In this document: positions 15,425 to 24,452 of the stretch, piece by piece
How the letters are laid out: each line of letters starts with the position of its first letter
Position numbering within the stretch: the first letter of the stretch is position 1
Virus record (IMG/VR): IMGVR_UViG_3300033475_000035
From: a virus
Length of the DNA: 50,910 nucleotides
Strand: one strand, 5' to 3'
Program-made: the position numbers and the translations under genes
Notes under the pieces: model-generated
The model's database searches: none
Seen by the model: the letters and a program-made list of their open reading frames with translations, nothing else
What the model was told of the DNA's origin: nothing

Positions 15425-15760
15425 ATGAACAATTGGATAGAAAAGGATGCATTGGGTCTGCTATATGAAGCGATAGAAATTGAAAATAAAATGCCTGAGC
15501 AGGGTGAATGGGTATTGGTAGTTGCACAGATCTCTGAAGATCTTCCTAAGGAAATTTTTATAGCCCGCTGGATTGAAGATCTTATCAGGTTTGACCCTAG
15601 AACAGGATATGGAGAAACTGTATGGTCTACACATACTTGTGAGCGTATCATTAACGTAACTCATTGGATGCCACTTGGAAATATGCCAATGGTCGATGCA
15701 AAAGTCGCATCCTTTGTAAGTTGTAAAGCATGCTGTCCGTCCGAGGTCGTAAAAGAATAA
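15425..15760 (+). CDS. DUF551-like protein
   Basis: WIE...MPEQGEWVLVV...VTHWMPLGNMP. Confidence 0.7.
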   Translation: MNNWIEKDALGLLYEAIEIENKMPEQGEWVLVVAQISEDLPKEIFIARWIEDLIRFDPRTGYGETVWSTHTCERIINVTHWMPLGNMPMVDAKVASFVSCKACCPSEVVKE

Positions 15761-15948
15761 CGCCCTTTGGTTTGAAGGCTATTGGTAAATTCTTTTGTTT
15801 TCATAGAGTACCTTTTGTGTTAAAACTTATCCAGCATGTCATTTTTCGACTTTTTAATCAACTTTTAACACATTTTTGCAAGCATTTTTCGAAGCCTGTT
15901 TTGCGTTAGGAGAGATATACAGCTATAAAAAAAGATGAGGTATTAAAT

Positions 15949-16668
15949 ATGAAATGGATAAGGACAATAGAAGAGTATCCTCTTGATGCGGAAGAAGACC
16001 TTGTTGTCCGTAATATATTTGGTAAGTATGAGATTGCCACATATAGGCGCATGGGTGGAAAAGGAGTATGGCTTATTGGTTCATCCATAGTGGATGATGA
16101 GATGATATATGCTTGGATGAGAATCCCGTTAGTAGATGCGATTCCCCTGGAAAAGGTTGTTGATTTGATGATTGAAGATGGTAGTAGTTATTCTAAGGAG
16201 TTTGATACGCACTCGGGCGCTGTCCAGAGAATGTTAAACGTATTGCGTGATTGTGGGATAATATATTTAGATCAATTAAATAATATCGATTTGATAAATC
16301 TTATTAAGACTCCTAATGTAGGGATTGCAATAATACGCCTATTAATTCTTATTATGAAGCGTTATAAGATAAAATCTTATCAGGAGTCTATTATTGAGAA
16401 CATTGATGAACATCCTATTACTCTTAATAAATTTATAGATATCTTATTTTTATACCCCGAAAAAATTCTTGCCACTGAACTCGCTAGGAAAGAGCTAGAG
16501 GACACGGGGAAAGCCAAGATTATGGCTACGTTGAGGAAATTAGGAATGAGTTCCTTAAAAGATTTAAAGAGCTTAACCATACGTCAATTAAATCGGATGA
16601 TTAAGCACGACTATCCAGGAAATAGGGTTATCAAATCGGTAGCGGAATATTTAAACCGCAAGAATTAA
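15949..16668 (+). CDS. DUF551-like N-terminus plus two RNAP alpha-CTD-like helix-hairpin-helix modules. TerS candidate by position only.
   Basis: N-terminus: KWIRTIEEYP...YAWMRIP. HhH modules: MLNVLRDCGIIYLDQL...LIKTPNVG and MATLRKLGMSSLKDLKSLTIRQL. Compare alpha-CTD SANCLKAENIHYIGDL...LLKTPNLG. Confidence 0.65.
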   Translation: MKWIRTIEEYPLDAEEDLVVRNIFGKYEIATYRRMGGKGVWLIGSSIVDDEMIYAWMRIPLVDAIPLEKVVDLMIEDGSSYSKEFDTHSGAVQRMLNVLRDCGIIYLDQLNNIDLINLIKTPNVGIAIIRLLILIMKRYKIKSYQESIIENIDEHPITLNKFIDILFLYPEKILATELARKELEDTGKAKIMATLRKLGMSSLKDLKSLTIRQLNRMIKHDYPGNRVIKSVAEYLNRKN

Positions 16669-16755
16669 ATCATTCACCTATCCTCCTTTTAACGTTTGGC
16701 CTATATTGATTCAATACTGAATTATTGATAGCCTCGGTTGATAACTGAGGCGTCT

Positions 16756-18285
16756 ATGAAACCAGCACCAATCACTTTAGATATATCGAACAAAATAAAA
16801 CGCATTAATTTTATTAACGAGAGCCCCTTGAATGCTCGAGCGGCATCGATTTTCTATTCTAGAAATCCCATCAACTTTATTAACGACTTTTGCATGACTT
16901 ATGACCCTAGGCAAAAAACAAAGGTCATGCCATTTCTTTTATACCCAAGACAGCGTGAATATATCCAATGGCTACATGATAAATATGTTACCAAGCAAGA
17001 TGGGTGTGTACTTAAGTGTCGTGATGTTGGCGCCTCATGGCTGAACTGTGCATTTGCTGTTTGGATGTGGTTATTCGTAGAAAACTCCACCATTACTTTC
17101 ATCTCTAGGAAAGAAGATTATGTCGATAAGATTGGGGACCTACGCTCCATCCTGGAGAAATGTCGATTTATTATTTCTAACCTTCCTCCTTTTTTCATGC
17201 CGGCTGAGAAAAATAAGTTAATTCGTCATCACTTGAAATTTAAATTGTTAATAAATCCAAAAAATGGCTCTTCAATAGTAGGCGAGTCAGGCGATGAAGC
17301 GGGCCGTGGTGGTCGTTCAACATTAATATTTGGCGATGAATTTGCCTTCATTCCTAGGGATGAAAAAGTAGAGGCAGCAATATCCCAAAACTCTGATGTC
17401 AAAATATATGTCTCAACACCAAATGGCTGCAGAGGAGTTTTTTACAATAAGATAGACAAGGGTGTTGTTGATGTATTTTATTTCAAATGGCATCAAGACC
17501 CGCGTAAAACACCGGAATGGTACGATGAGCAAAAGCGCAAACTAGATCCAGTAATATTTGCACAAGAGATAGAGGGCGATTTCTTTGCTTCTACTGACAT
17601 GATTTGCATTCCCCGCAAATATATTGAGGCAGCAATTAATTTCAAATTAGCAAAAACCGGTAAGAAAATTGCTGGCCTTGATGTGGCGGATGAGGGGGGT
17701 GATAAGAACGCACTCGTTATCCGTCACGGGTATGTGGTGGAGTCTATAACCGCATGGGAGCATGGCGATACCACAATGACAGCCAGGCGCGCAAGTGTTT
17801 CAGCGTCCGCATCTAGCGTGGATATTATAAATTATGATAGCGTTGGTGTGGGAGCTGGCGTCAAAGGCGAATTTAATTCTCTGAAGAAGAACGGGCAGTT
17901 GAAGATAGCTGTAAATGGGGTGAATACCGGTCAGCCTCCCACCAACAGGCGATATGAAAATACCGATAAATTGAATTCCGAGATGTTTCTTAATCTGAAA
18001 GCAGAGCTTTGGTGGAAATCTCGTCGCAGATTTGAAAAAACATACGAAAAAGTTAACGGCATTAAGGATTGGCCAGATGATGAGCTTATTAGCATTCCTG
18101 ATGATAAAGAGCTTATTACCGAGCTTTGTCAGCTGAAGTACGATTTTGAAGATGACGGAAGAATTAGAATCGAGTCTAAGAAGCAAATGGCAAGCCGAGG
18201 GATAAAATCTCCAAACAAAGCCGACGCGTTCATGTTGGCATTTTCATGGGCAGAAGAAAGAGGTGTTCGAGCTAGAGCATTATGA
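16756..18285 (+). CDS. terL: Terminase large subunit
   Basis: 515-aa class ORF upstream of the portal gene. Walker-like LKCRDVGASW and STLIFGDEFAF, plus a C-terminal nuclease-like half. TTG 16738 is an alternative start. Confidence 0.9.
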   Translation: MKPAPITLDISNKIKRINFINESPLNARAASIFYSRNPINFINDFCMTYDPRQKTKVMPFLLYPRQREYIQWLHDKYVTKQDGCVLKCRDVGASWLNCAFAVWMWLFVENSTITFISRKEDYVDKIGDLRSILEKCRFIISNLPPFFMPAEKNKLIRHHLKFKLLINPKNGSSIVGESGDEAGRGGRSTLIFGDEFAFIPRDEKVEAAISQNSDVKIYVSTPNGCRGVFYNKIDKGVVDVFYFKWHQDPRKTPEWYDEQKRKLDPVIFAQEIEGDFFASTDMICIPRKYIEAAINFKLAKTGKKIAGLDVADEGGDKNALVIRHGYVVESITAWEHGDTTMTARRASVSASASSVDIINYDSVGVGAGVKGEFNSLKKNGQLKIAVNGVNTGQPPTNRRYENTDKLNSEMFLNLKAELWWKSRRRFEKTYEKVNGIKDWPDDELISIPDDKELITELCQLKYDFEDDGRIRIESKKQMASRGIKSPNKADAFMLAFSWAEERGVRARAL

Positions 18286-19745
18286 TTAATCCATTCAAAA
18301 AAATCTCACAAGTGTTTTCTCGCAAACAAGTTCAAAAAAAGAGCTTCTTATATCCATCAATGGGTGATTCTTTATATCAAAGACTTATATGGTCAGGTTG
18401 GAATATATTAAGCCCCTATATCGCTATTCAATACTATATGCAATGCTCGGTATTAGCAGATGCGATAGATACGATATCAAGAGAAGTTAAATCAATAGAG
18501 CCAGTTATTTTCGACAAAAGAAGAGAGAGATTCATATATTCCCATCCTTTGTTAGACCTATTAGCCTACCCTAATGCAGATGTGGTTTATGAAGAATTCA
18601 TGGAGCGGTTATGTAACTATCGTTACTTAACAGGAAATTCCTACATTATTGCAACAGGGCGTGTGTCAAAACCCCCTTTAGAATTATTTGTGCCATCTCC
18701 ACAAGCAGTATCGCTCGCAATGGGTCGTGATGGATTTACAAGTCAGATAGAGCTTTCTAATCAATATCAAAGCAGAAGCTATAATAGATATGATGTCAAT
18801 GGGCGATTTAAGTATTACGATAAGGATGGTGTTTCAGAAATTTATCATATTCGTTCATTTAATCCTTACTATGGCATCAACCAAAACTATGGCTTATCTG
18901 AACTTGCTGCTATTTATTATGAAGTTGAACAATTTATAGGTGCTTCTCAGCATAATCTCTCCTTAATTTCGCGTGGAGTCAAGACAACAGGCGCATTTTT
19001 ATCTAAAGAACCTCTGAGCGATGACCAGTATCAGAGATTGCAGGAACAAATTAATTCTTTATATGCCGGAGCTTCAAACGCTGGGCGTCCAATTCTATTA
19101 GATGGTGGTGATATAGACTTTCGAGAAATGGGTGTTACGGCACAGGACATGGATTTTGATAAGCTTTATCATCGCACAAGAGATGCTATTTATAATCGCT
19201 TTAAAATACCTTTGGCAGGTGTCACTACTGAAAATATGAAGTACGATAATCTCGAGCAATCGCAGATAATGCTTTATCACAACTGTATTCTTCCAATTGC
19301 CAAGTCTCTGTTCAAAGAAATGAATAATATGCTTGTCTGGCGATACGATGACCTGAAAGATTGTGAACTTACTTTTGATATGGATAGTATTCCTGCCATT
19401 CAAGTCTATCGTATGTATGAAATGAAAAAACTCAAAGAGCTGGGCGCTTATACTATTAATGAAATCAGGGCCTTGCGTGGCGATAAGCCTGTGCAAGGTG
19501 GTGATGTTATCCTTGCAGCTCAAAATAATGTTCCAGTTGCTCGTGATACCAATCAGGAAACATACGTCCAACCTGCTGATGATACCCCACCTGATTCACC
19601 CAAGGGTAATGTGTTTTTATTGCAACATGCTAAAGACAAGCGAGATATATTTATGGAATCGGTATCAAAAATACAAGATGGAACGGGTAGGTCAAAATAT
19701 AGTCAAGAAGATATACGGAAACTAGCTGATAAATTTGAGATTTAG
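18282..19745 (+). CDS. Portal protein
   Basis: 487 aa, with an ATGA overlap to terL. Position and size are typical. Confidence 0.85.
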   Translation: MINPFKKISQVFSRKQVQKKSFLYPSMGDSLYQRLIWSGWNILSPYIAIQYYMQCSVLADAIDTISREVKSIEPVIFDKRRERFIYSHPLLDLLAYPNADVVYEEFMERLCNYRYLTGNSYIIATGRVSKPPLELFVPSPQAVSLAMGRDGFTSQIELSNQYQSRSYNRYDVNGRFKYYDKDGVSEIYHIRSFNPYYGINQNYGLSELAAIYYEVEQFIGASQHNLSLISRGVKTTGAFLSKEPLSDDQYQRLQEQINSLYAGASNAGRPILLDGGDIDFREMGVTAQDMDFDKLYHRTRDAIYNRFKIPLAGVTTENMKYDNLEQSQIMLYHNCILPIAKSLFKEMNNMLVWRYDDLKDCELTFDMDSIPAIQVYRMYEMKKLKELGAYTINEIRALRGDKPVQGGDVILAAQNNVPVARDTNQETYVQPADDTPPDSPKGNVFLLQHAKDKRDIFMESVSKIQDGTGRSKYSQEDIRKLADKFEI

Positions 19746-19746
19746 C

Positions 19747-20589
19747 ATGAGAAGTCTTCGTAGTTATAATAGTAATTCAGACAAAAGGATTGCATCTGCA
19801 GTTAGAGATTTGGCCATAAAATTAAAGTTAGAGCCAAAAATCAAGAGAGAAATGATTAATTTGTTTGATGAGATGGCTACGTATGGGAAAAATCTTTATA
19901 AAAAAGAAAGAAAGATAGCTACTTTTAATGCTTATAAACCTGAATTAGTCTACCTTTTAAAAAATCACTACAAAAGAGTACAGCTAGTTTTCTCTAATCA
20001 AATTAGAGAGGAGGTCGATAAGGTTAGATCTAAAGCTGATGATAGGATGTCGTACCAGATTCAGTATGAATTAGACCGGTACTCAGATGAACAGTCAAAC
20101 CAATCTGCAAATCAAATCATTGAAACATCTAATGAGGAATTCCAAGAGTATATTTTGTCTGCCTATGCCTATTATGCTTCACAAGGGATTATTCCTACGG
20201 AAAAGCAGGTTATAGAAAAGGCTTACGAAGACTTCATGGCTCGCGCACACTCCCGCGCAGAAACTATTGCCATTACTGAAACACAAGGCCCAGCTGAGAA
20301 TGCTAAATATACTGAAGCCCTTCTATTATCATCTATTAGCGCAGGACTTCTTTATGACAGTGTTGTTGAGGCTAAGGTTGGCACCAAATATTGGATGGCT
20401 ATTTTGGATGATCGCACGAGGGAATGGCATGTAGAAGCGGATGGCCAAAAAAGACCTCTTGACCAGCCATTCATTGTGATGGGAGAGAATCTCATGTACC
20501 CAAAAGATACTAGTATGGGTGCATCTGCTGAGAATGTCATCAATTGCAGATGCTCTACAGTATATAAAATGGAAGAAATTTATTATTGA
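19747..20589 (+). CDS. Head morphogenesis protein (Mu F / SPP1 gp7-like)
   Basis: It follows the portal gene. The C-terminal motif ...TREWHVEADGQ...NVINCRCS is typical of the Phage_Mu_F family. Confidence 0.8.
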   Translation: MRSLRSYNSNSDKRIASAVRDLAIKLKLEPKIKREMINLFDEMATYGKNLYKKERKIATFNAYKPELVYLLKNHYKRVQLVFSNQIREEVDKVRSKADDRMSYQIQYELDRYSDEQSNQSANQIIETSNEEFQEYILSAYAYYASQGIIPTEKQVIEKAYEDFMARAHSRAETIAITETQGPAENAKYTEALLLSSISAGLLYDSVVEAKVGTKYWMAILDDRTREWHVEADGQKRPLDQPFIVMGENLMYPKDTSMGASAENVINCRCSTVYKMEEIYY

Positions 20590-20592
20590 TAA

Positions 20593-20793
20593 TTAATTGA
20601 TTTTTATACCTTCAGGAACTTGTTCGAGCAGCTTTAAATATGCAATCGCTCTTGCAGAAGGTCCGTGAGCATAAAATGCTGAGCCTTTACCCTGTCTCGT
20701 ATACCCGCACTTTACAAGAAAATCTAGAAAACATTTAGCGCCAATTTTTTGATATTGAGCTTTCGCTCTTTCTTTAAATTCTTGCTGTTTCAT
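20593..20793 (-). CDS. Hypothetical 66-aa protein on the opposite strand inside the head module
   Basis: GGAG RBS. A TGGAAT-17-TAGAAT promoter-like element lies upstream on the minus strand. Confidence 0.55.
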   Translation of the reverse strand: MKQQEFKERAKAQYQKIGAKCFLDFLVKCGYTRQGKGSAFYAHGPSARAIAYLKLLEQVPEGIKIN

Positions 20794-20952
20794 ATTAACT
20801 CCATTTTTTGACAGGATATTCTATCCCACAAATCACGTAGATTCCAGTATTGACGCATTAACAGCGTAAAAAGTACGCGTTTTTAAATGTTTTCGGATTT
20901 TTATAATAAGTTATTATCTGAGTAATTAATTTATATCCTAAGGAATAATTCG

Positions 20953-21414
20953 ATGACTGCTAACGTTCTAAATTATGTAGATCAACCTGTTACTACTGAT
21001 TTTGGTGACAATGACAATGCTTATAATTTCAATGGCACTGTAAATATTCAAGGCGCCCCTCTTTCATCGAGCGTTAATGGCACATTAATTAACCATGCTG
21101 CAGGGAATAGTAAAGTCACTGTCGTGAACGCATCTAGAACTATTGTGATTGCTGACTTAAAGGCAGTCTTATATTGCATTAACACCCCAGGAATTACTCT
21201 TACATTTGATTTGATTGCCAATTTAGGTGGTGCTGGATTTGAAGTTGAAATTATTGCGGCTGGATCTGGATCTGTAACTGTTGCTGGCACGGATGGTCAA
21301 ACGATTGTTACAACGCTTGGTAGTTCAGTAATTGCCAGCGGTAGTGCAGCAAAATTCGTTGGTGTAGGCCAATCAACAACTTGGTTCGGATTATTTTACG
21401 CGGTCGCAGCTTAA
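20953..21414 (+). CDS. Hypothetical Gly/Thr/Val-rich (beta-rich) protein
   Basis: AAGGA RBS. Sits in the head module. Confidence 0.6.
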   Translation: MTANVLNYVDQPVTTDFGDNDNAYNFNGTVNIQGAPLSSSVNGTLINHAAGNSKVTVVNASRTIVIADLKAVLYCINTPGITLTFDLIANLGGAGFEVEIIAAGSGSVTVAGTDGQTIVTTLGSSVIASGSAAKFVGVGQSTTWFGLFYAVAA

Positions 21415-21429
21415 TAATTGAGGATAAAA

Positions 21430-22092
21430 ATGTCGAACAAACGTGCACGAGAAGAAAAGCCAGAAGACTTCGAAATCGATGATGAGAAAGATACCTACTT
21501 CGGTGAAGACGAAGAGGAAGAAAACTGGGGTAATGAAGAAGAAGTCGAAGAGCCAGTGAAAGCTGGTGATTACGTTTCATATAACGATCGCGGTGATATG
21601 AAATATGCAAAGGTCGTTGATACTTTAGATCATGGCGAAGTCGAAGGTGAAATGCATGGCATGAAGGTCCGCATGAAAGCTCATGAAAAACCTATTGCAA
21701 TTATGAAGTCTTATGATTTTCAAGATGGAGCATATGTAGCAGATGGCGATTTTAAAGCATATCCAATGCACAAGCTGCGCAAAGCTGAGGGCATCGATGA
21801 GGAAAAGTTTTTCGAATCTTCAAGAGAAAGCAAAGCTGAAGGCTCAGAAGATGAAGCATGGTCTCCTGATGATTATGAAGAAGAATTTGAACCAAAAGAC
21901 AAAAAGAAACGAAGAAAAGAAGAAATAATGAAGCTTCTTGATGAGCTCTTAGAAGAGGAACTCGAAGACGAATCTGATTTAGATGAAATTGAAGGTCGTC
22001 CCGAAGATGAAACCGAAGACCGAGATATCTTAGATGATGAAGAGATGGACGAATTAGAAGAAATGGCTCGTCGCAAACGCTCTAAGAGATAA
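21430..22092 (+). CDS. Extremely acidic protein (scaffold-like or internal protein candidate)
   Basis: GAGGA RBS. Long D/E runs at both ends flank a central folded-looking segment. Lies immediately upstream of the protease gene. Confidence 0.65.
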   Translation: MSNKRAREEKPEDFEIDDEKDTYFGEDEEEENWGNEEEVEEPVKAGDYVSYNDRGDMKYAKVVDTLDHGEVEGEMHGMKVRMKAHEKPIAIMKSYDFQDGAYVADGDFKAYPMHKLRKAEGIDEEKFFESSRESKAEGSEDEAWSPDDYEEEFEPKDKKKRRKEEIMKLLDELLEEELEDESDLDEIEGRPEDETEDRDILDDEEMDELEEMARRKRSKR

Positions 22093-22096
22093 ATAC

Positions 22097-23194
22097 ATGA
22101 AAGAAACAAAGGTTTTTTCTCTTGAGATTCAAGAAGCAAAAGAAATAAAGCGAGACAACGGTAGCTTTGGATATGTTAAAGCTTTTGTTTCTACTTATGA
22201 CAACGTAGACCGTGGTGGTGACAAGGTCTTAAAAGGCGCATTTACGCAATCAATCTCTGAATATTGCGACAAAAATCGCCCAATAAAGATGCTCTATCAG
22301 CACGATCCAAACGAAATCATCGGTATTTGGAATCCCGCTTCAGCTAAAGATTCAGACCATGGTTTGATGATGGAAGGCGAGATTAATCTCGATATTCAGC
22401 GCGGTAAAGAAGCTTATTCGTTATTAAAGCAAAAAGCATTAAGTGATGTATCAATAGGCTATTCCATTGATGATTACGATTTTATAGATGGTGTGCGTGA
22501 ATTAAAGAAATTAACTCTTTGGGAAGTATCGTTGGTGGGTGAACCAATGAATCCTGAAGCAAGGGTAATGAGCGTTAAGGCCGTTGGTGCAGTAACAACA
22601 TTACCCTTGGCTCCTCACGATAGAGAATGGAGCGCAAACGCAGCCACCATGCGCGTTCGCAAATTAACCAATTCCATTGATGAGCCAAGTGCTGAATACA
22701 AGAAAGCATTCATGTATTACGACGCTGATAATGAAAAAGATTTTACAGCATATAAATTGCCTTATGCAGATGTCATCGATGGGAAGTTACATGCAGTACC
22801 ACGCGCTATTTTCGCAATAGCAGCCGCTCTAAATGGAGCACGTGGTGGAGTAAAAATTCCTGAAGCTGACAGAAAAAAGATAGAAAGCATTGTAAACAGT
22901 TATTACGACAAGATGGATATAGAGAGTCCTCTAGGAAAATCCTATATCACATCTCCTACACAGCTAAGTATTGAAGATGTAGAACATATTCAATCAAAAA
23001 GAGATTTTGAACAACTTCTGAGAGATTCGGGAGTTTTCAGTAAAAAAGCAAGTGTATTTCTTGCAAGTTTCTTTCATCCCAAGTCACAGAGTGAGTCTGG
23101 CGCCGAAAAGGTTGAAGAAAAAAAGGAAGCATCTCCAAACGATTTAATCGTTAAAGAGCTAAGAAAATTTCGTCAACAAATTAATCAAATTTAA
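22097..23194 (+). CDS. Prohead serine protease (HK97/S78 type) with a C-terminal extension
   Basis: FVSTYDNVDRGGDKVLKGAF, MLYQHD and DVSIGYS are motifs typical of S78. The extension carries YKLPYAD...AVPRAIFAIAAALNGARGG. Confidence 0.85.
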   Translation: MKETKVFSLEIQEAKEIKRDNGSFGYVKAFVSTYDNVDRGGDKVLKGAFTQSISEYCDKNRPIKMLYQHDPNEIIGIWNPASAKDSDHGLMMEGEINLDIQRGKEAYSLLKQKALSDVSIGYSIDDYDFIDGVRELKKLTLWEVSLVGEPMNPEARVMSVKAVGAVTTLPLAPHDREWSANAATMRVRKLTNSIDEPSAEYKKAFMYYDADNEKDFTAYKLPYADVIDGKLHAVPRAIFAIAAALNGARGGVKIPEADRKKIESIVNSYYDKMDIESPLGKSYITSPTQLSIEDVEHIQSKRDFEQLLRDSGVFSKKASVFLASFFHPKSQSESGAEKVEEKKEASPNDLIVKELRKFRQQINQI

Positions 23195-23204
23195 GGTGGT
23201 TAAA

Positions 23205-24440
23205 ATGGCAAGCAACTCTATTTCTGTAGAAATGGGTCAGTTACGTAATGAAATCGTTCGTAACATTAAAGATAATCGAGCAGAAACCAAACAAATCGTT
23301 GAAAGACTAAATGGTCGATTAGATGAGATGGAAGTAGATAATCAGAAGTTAGCTAAGAATGTTATTAAGCTAAAAAATGATTTGATGCAAAAAGAACAAG
23401 ATTTCAAGAATCTTGAAAAACAACTTTATCGTCCTGGCATGCGTGGTGATGAAGTTAAGCAAAAATCAATGCAAATTAAAGCATTTGAAAAATTCATTAT
23501 CGGTGGCATTGGCAATTTAAATGCAGAAGAAATGAAAGCTTTCCGTGCTTCAGATGTTGGTGCTCGTCAAGAATTAAATATTGAATCTAAATATTTAAGA
23601 ACCGATAGCGGTGTCGAAGGTGCATACTTAGCTCCTCCAGAATATTCTCAAGAAATTATCAAACGTATCACTGAAATTTCTCCATGGCGTGAAGTTTGTC
23701 GCGTAAGAACAATTTCTCGTGAATCTTTGATGATCCCAATGCGTAATGTGTTAATGCAAGGTTACTGGGTAGGTGAAGGTATGCCAACTAACGAGGCAAA
23801 CTCTGACTACGCATTAAACGAGCTAAAAACCAAAAAATTAGCTGTTTTCACCGATGCAACCACTGAAATGTTAGAAGATGCTGCATTCGATATGGAAGCA
23901 GAAATCACTAAAGATGCTGCAGAAAGATTTGCTCAATTAGAAGGCGAAGCTTTCACAACTGGTGATGGCGTTAACCAACCAGATGGCATTTTATTAAACC
24001 CTGATATTCAAGTTATTAATTCTGGTATCGCTAACAGCTTTACCGCTGACAATATCATCGAAATTGTTGGCGAATTAAAAGTTGGCTATAACCCAGCATA
24101 TGCATTTAACCGTCGTACCTTGGCTTACATCCGAACTCTTAAAGATGGTGTTGGTCAATATCTATGGCAACCTGGTATTGCAAATGGCTATCCCGCTCAA
24201 TTAAACGGATTCCCATACATTAATGCAATCAACGTACCAGATATCGGTGCTGACAATATTCCTCTGTTCTTTGGTGATTTCTATCGTGGTTACACAATTA
24301 TTGACAGAACAATCATGCTGGTAATTCGTGACGCAATCACTCAAGCAACTCAAGGTAAAGTTCGTTTCGTATTTGTTCGTCGAGTAGGTGGACAAGTAGT
24401 AATGGATGAAGCAATTAAATTCTTAAAATGCTCTGTTTAA
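23205..24440 (+). CDS. Major capsid protein (HK97 fold, N-terminal coiled-coil delta domain)
   Basis: Follows the protease gene. AAGGTGG RBS before ATG 23205. About 410 aa. Confidence 0.85.
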   Translation: MASNSISVEMGQLRNEIVRNIKDNRAETKQIVERLNGRLDEMEVDNQKLAKNVIKLKNDLMQKEQDFKNLEKQLYRPGMRGDEVKQKSMQIKAFEKFIIGGIGNLNAEEMKAFRASDVGARQELNIESKYLRTDSGVEGAYLAPPEYSQEIIKRITEISPWREVCRVRTISRESLMIPMRNVLMQGYWVGEGMPTNEANSDYALNELKTKKLAVFTDATTEMLEDAAFDMEAEITKDAAERFAQLEGEAFTTGDGVNQPDGILLNPDIQVINSGIANSFTADNIIEIVGELKVGYNPAYAFNRRTLAYIRTLKDGVGQYLWQPGIANGYPAQLNGFPYINAINVPDIGADNIPLFFGDFYRGYTIIDRTIMLVIRDAITQATQGKVRFVFVRRVGGQVVMDEAIKFLKCSV

Positions 24441-24452
24441 TACGAGGTAATC

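Noticed and set aside
15661-15804. A minus-strand 47-aa ORF (MKTKEFTNSLQTKGRYSFTTSDG...) overlapping the 3' end of the DUF551 gene
   Set aside because: It overlaps the plus-strand gene by 100 nt and has only a weak AAGG RBS. There is no supporting motif beyond a vague antitoxin-like N-terminus. It cannot be excluded, because the DUF551 core ends near 15690.
20593-20793. A HicA-like toxin assignment for the antisense 66-aa gene
   Set aside because: Only a KGS tripeptide and the size are similar. The catalytic His and the rest of the HicA pattern are absent, and no HicB-like partner is adjacent.
21308-22139. ORFs 21308-21610 (-), 21743-21928 (+) and 21873-22139 (-) overlap the acidic-protein gene.
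   Set aside because: They are alternative readings of GAA/GAT-rich low-complexity DNA and produce Ser/Leu or Lys-rich nonsense. The sense frame has the RBS and the operon context.
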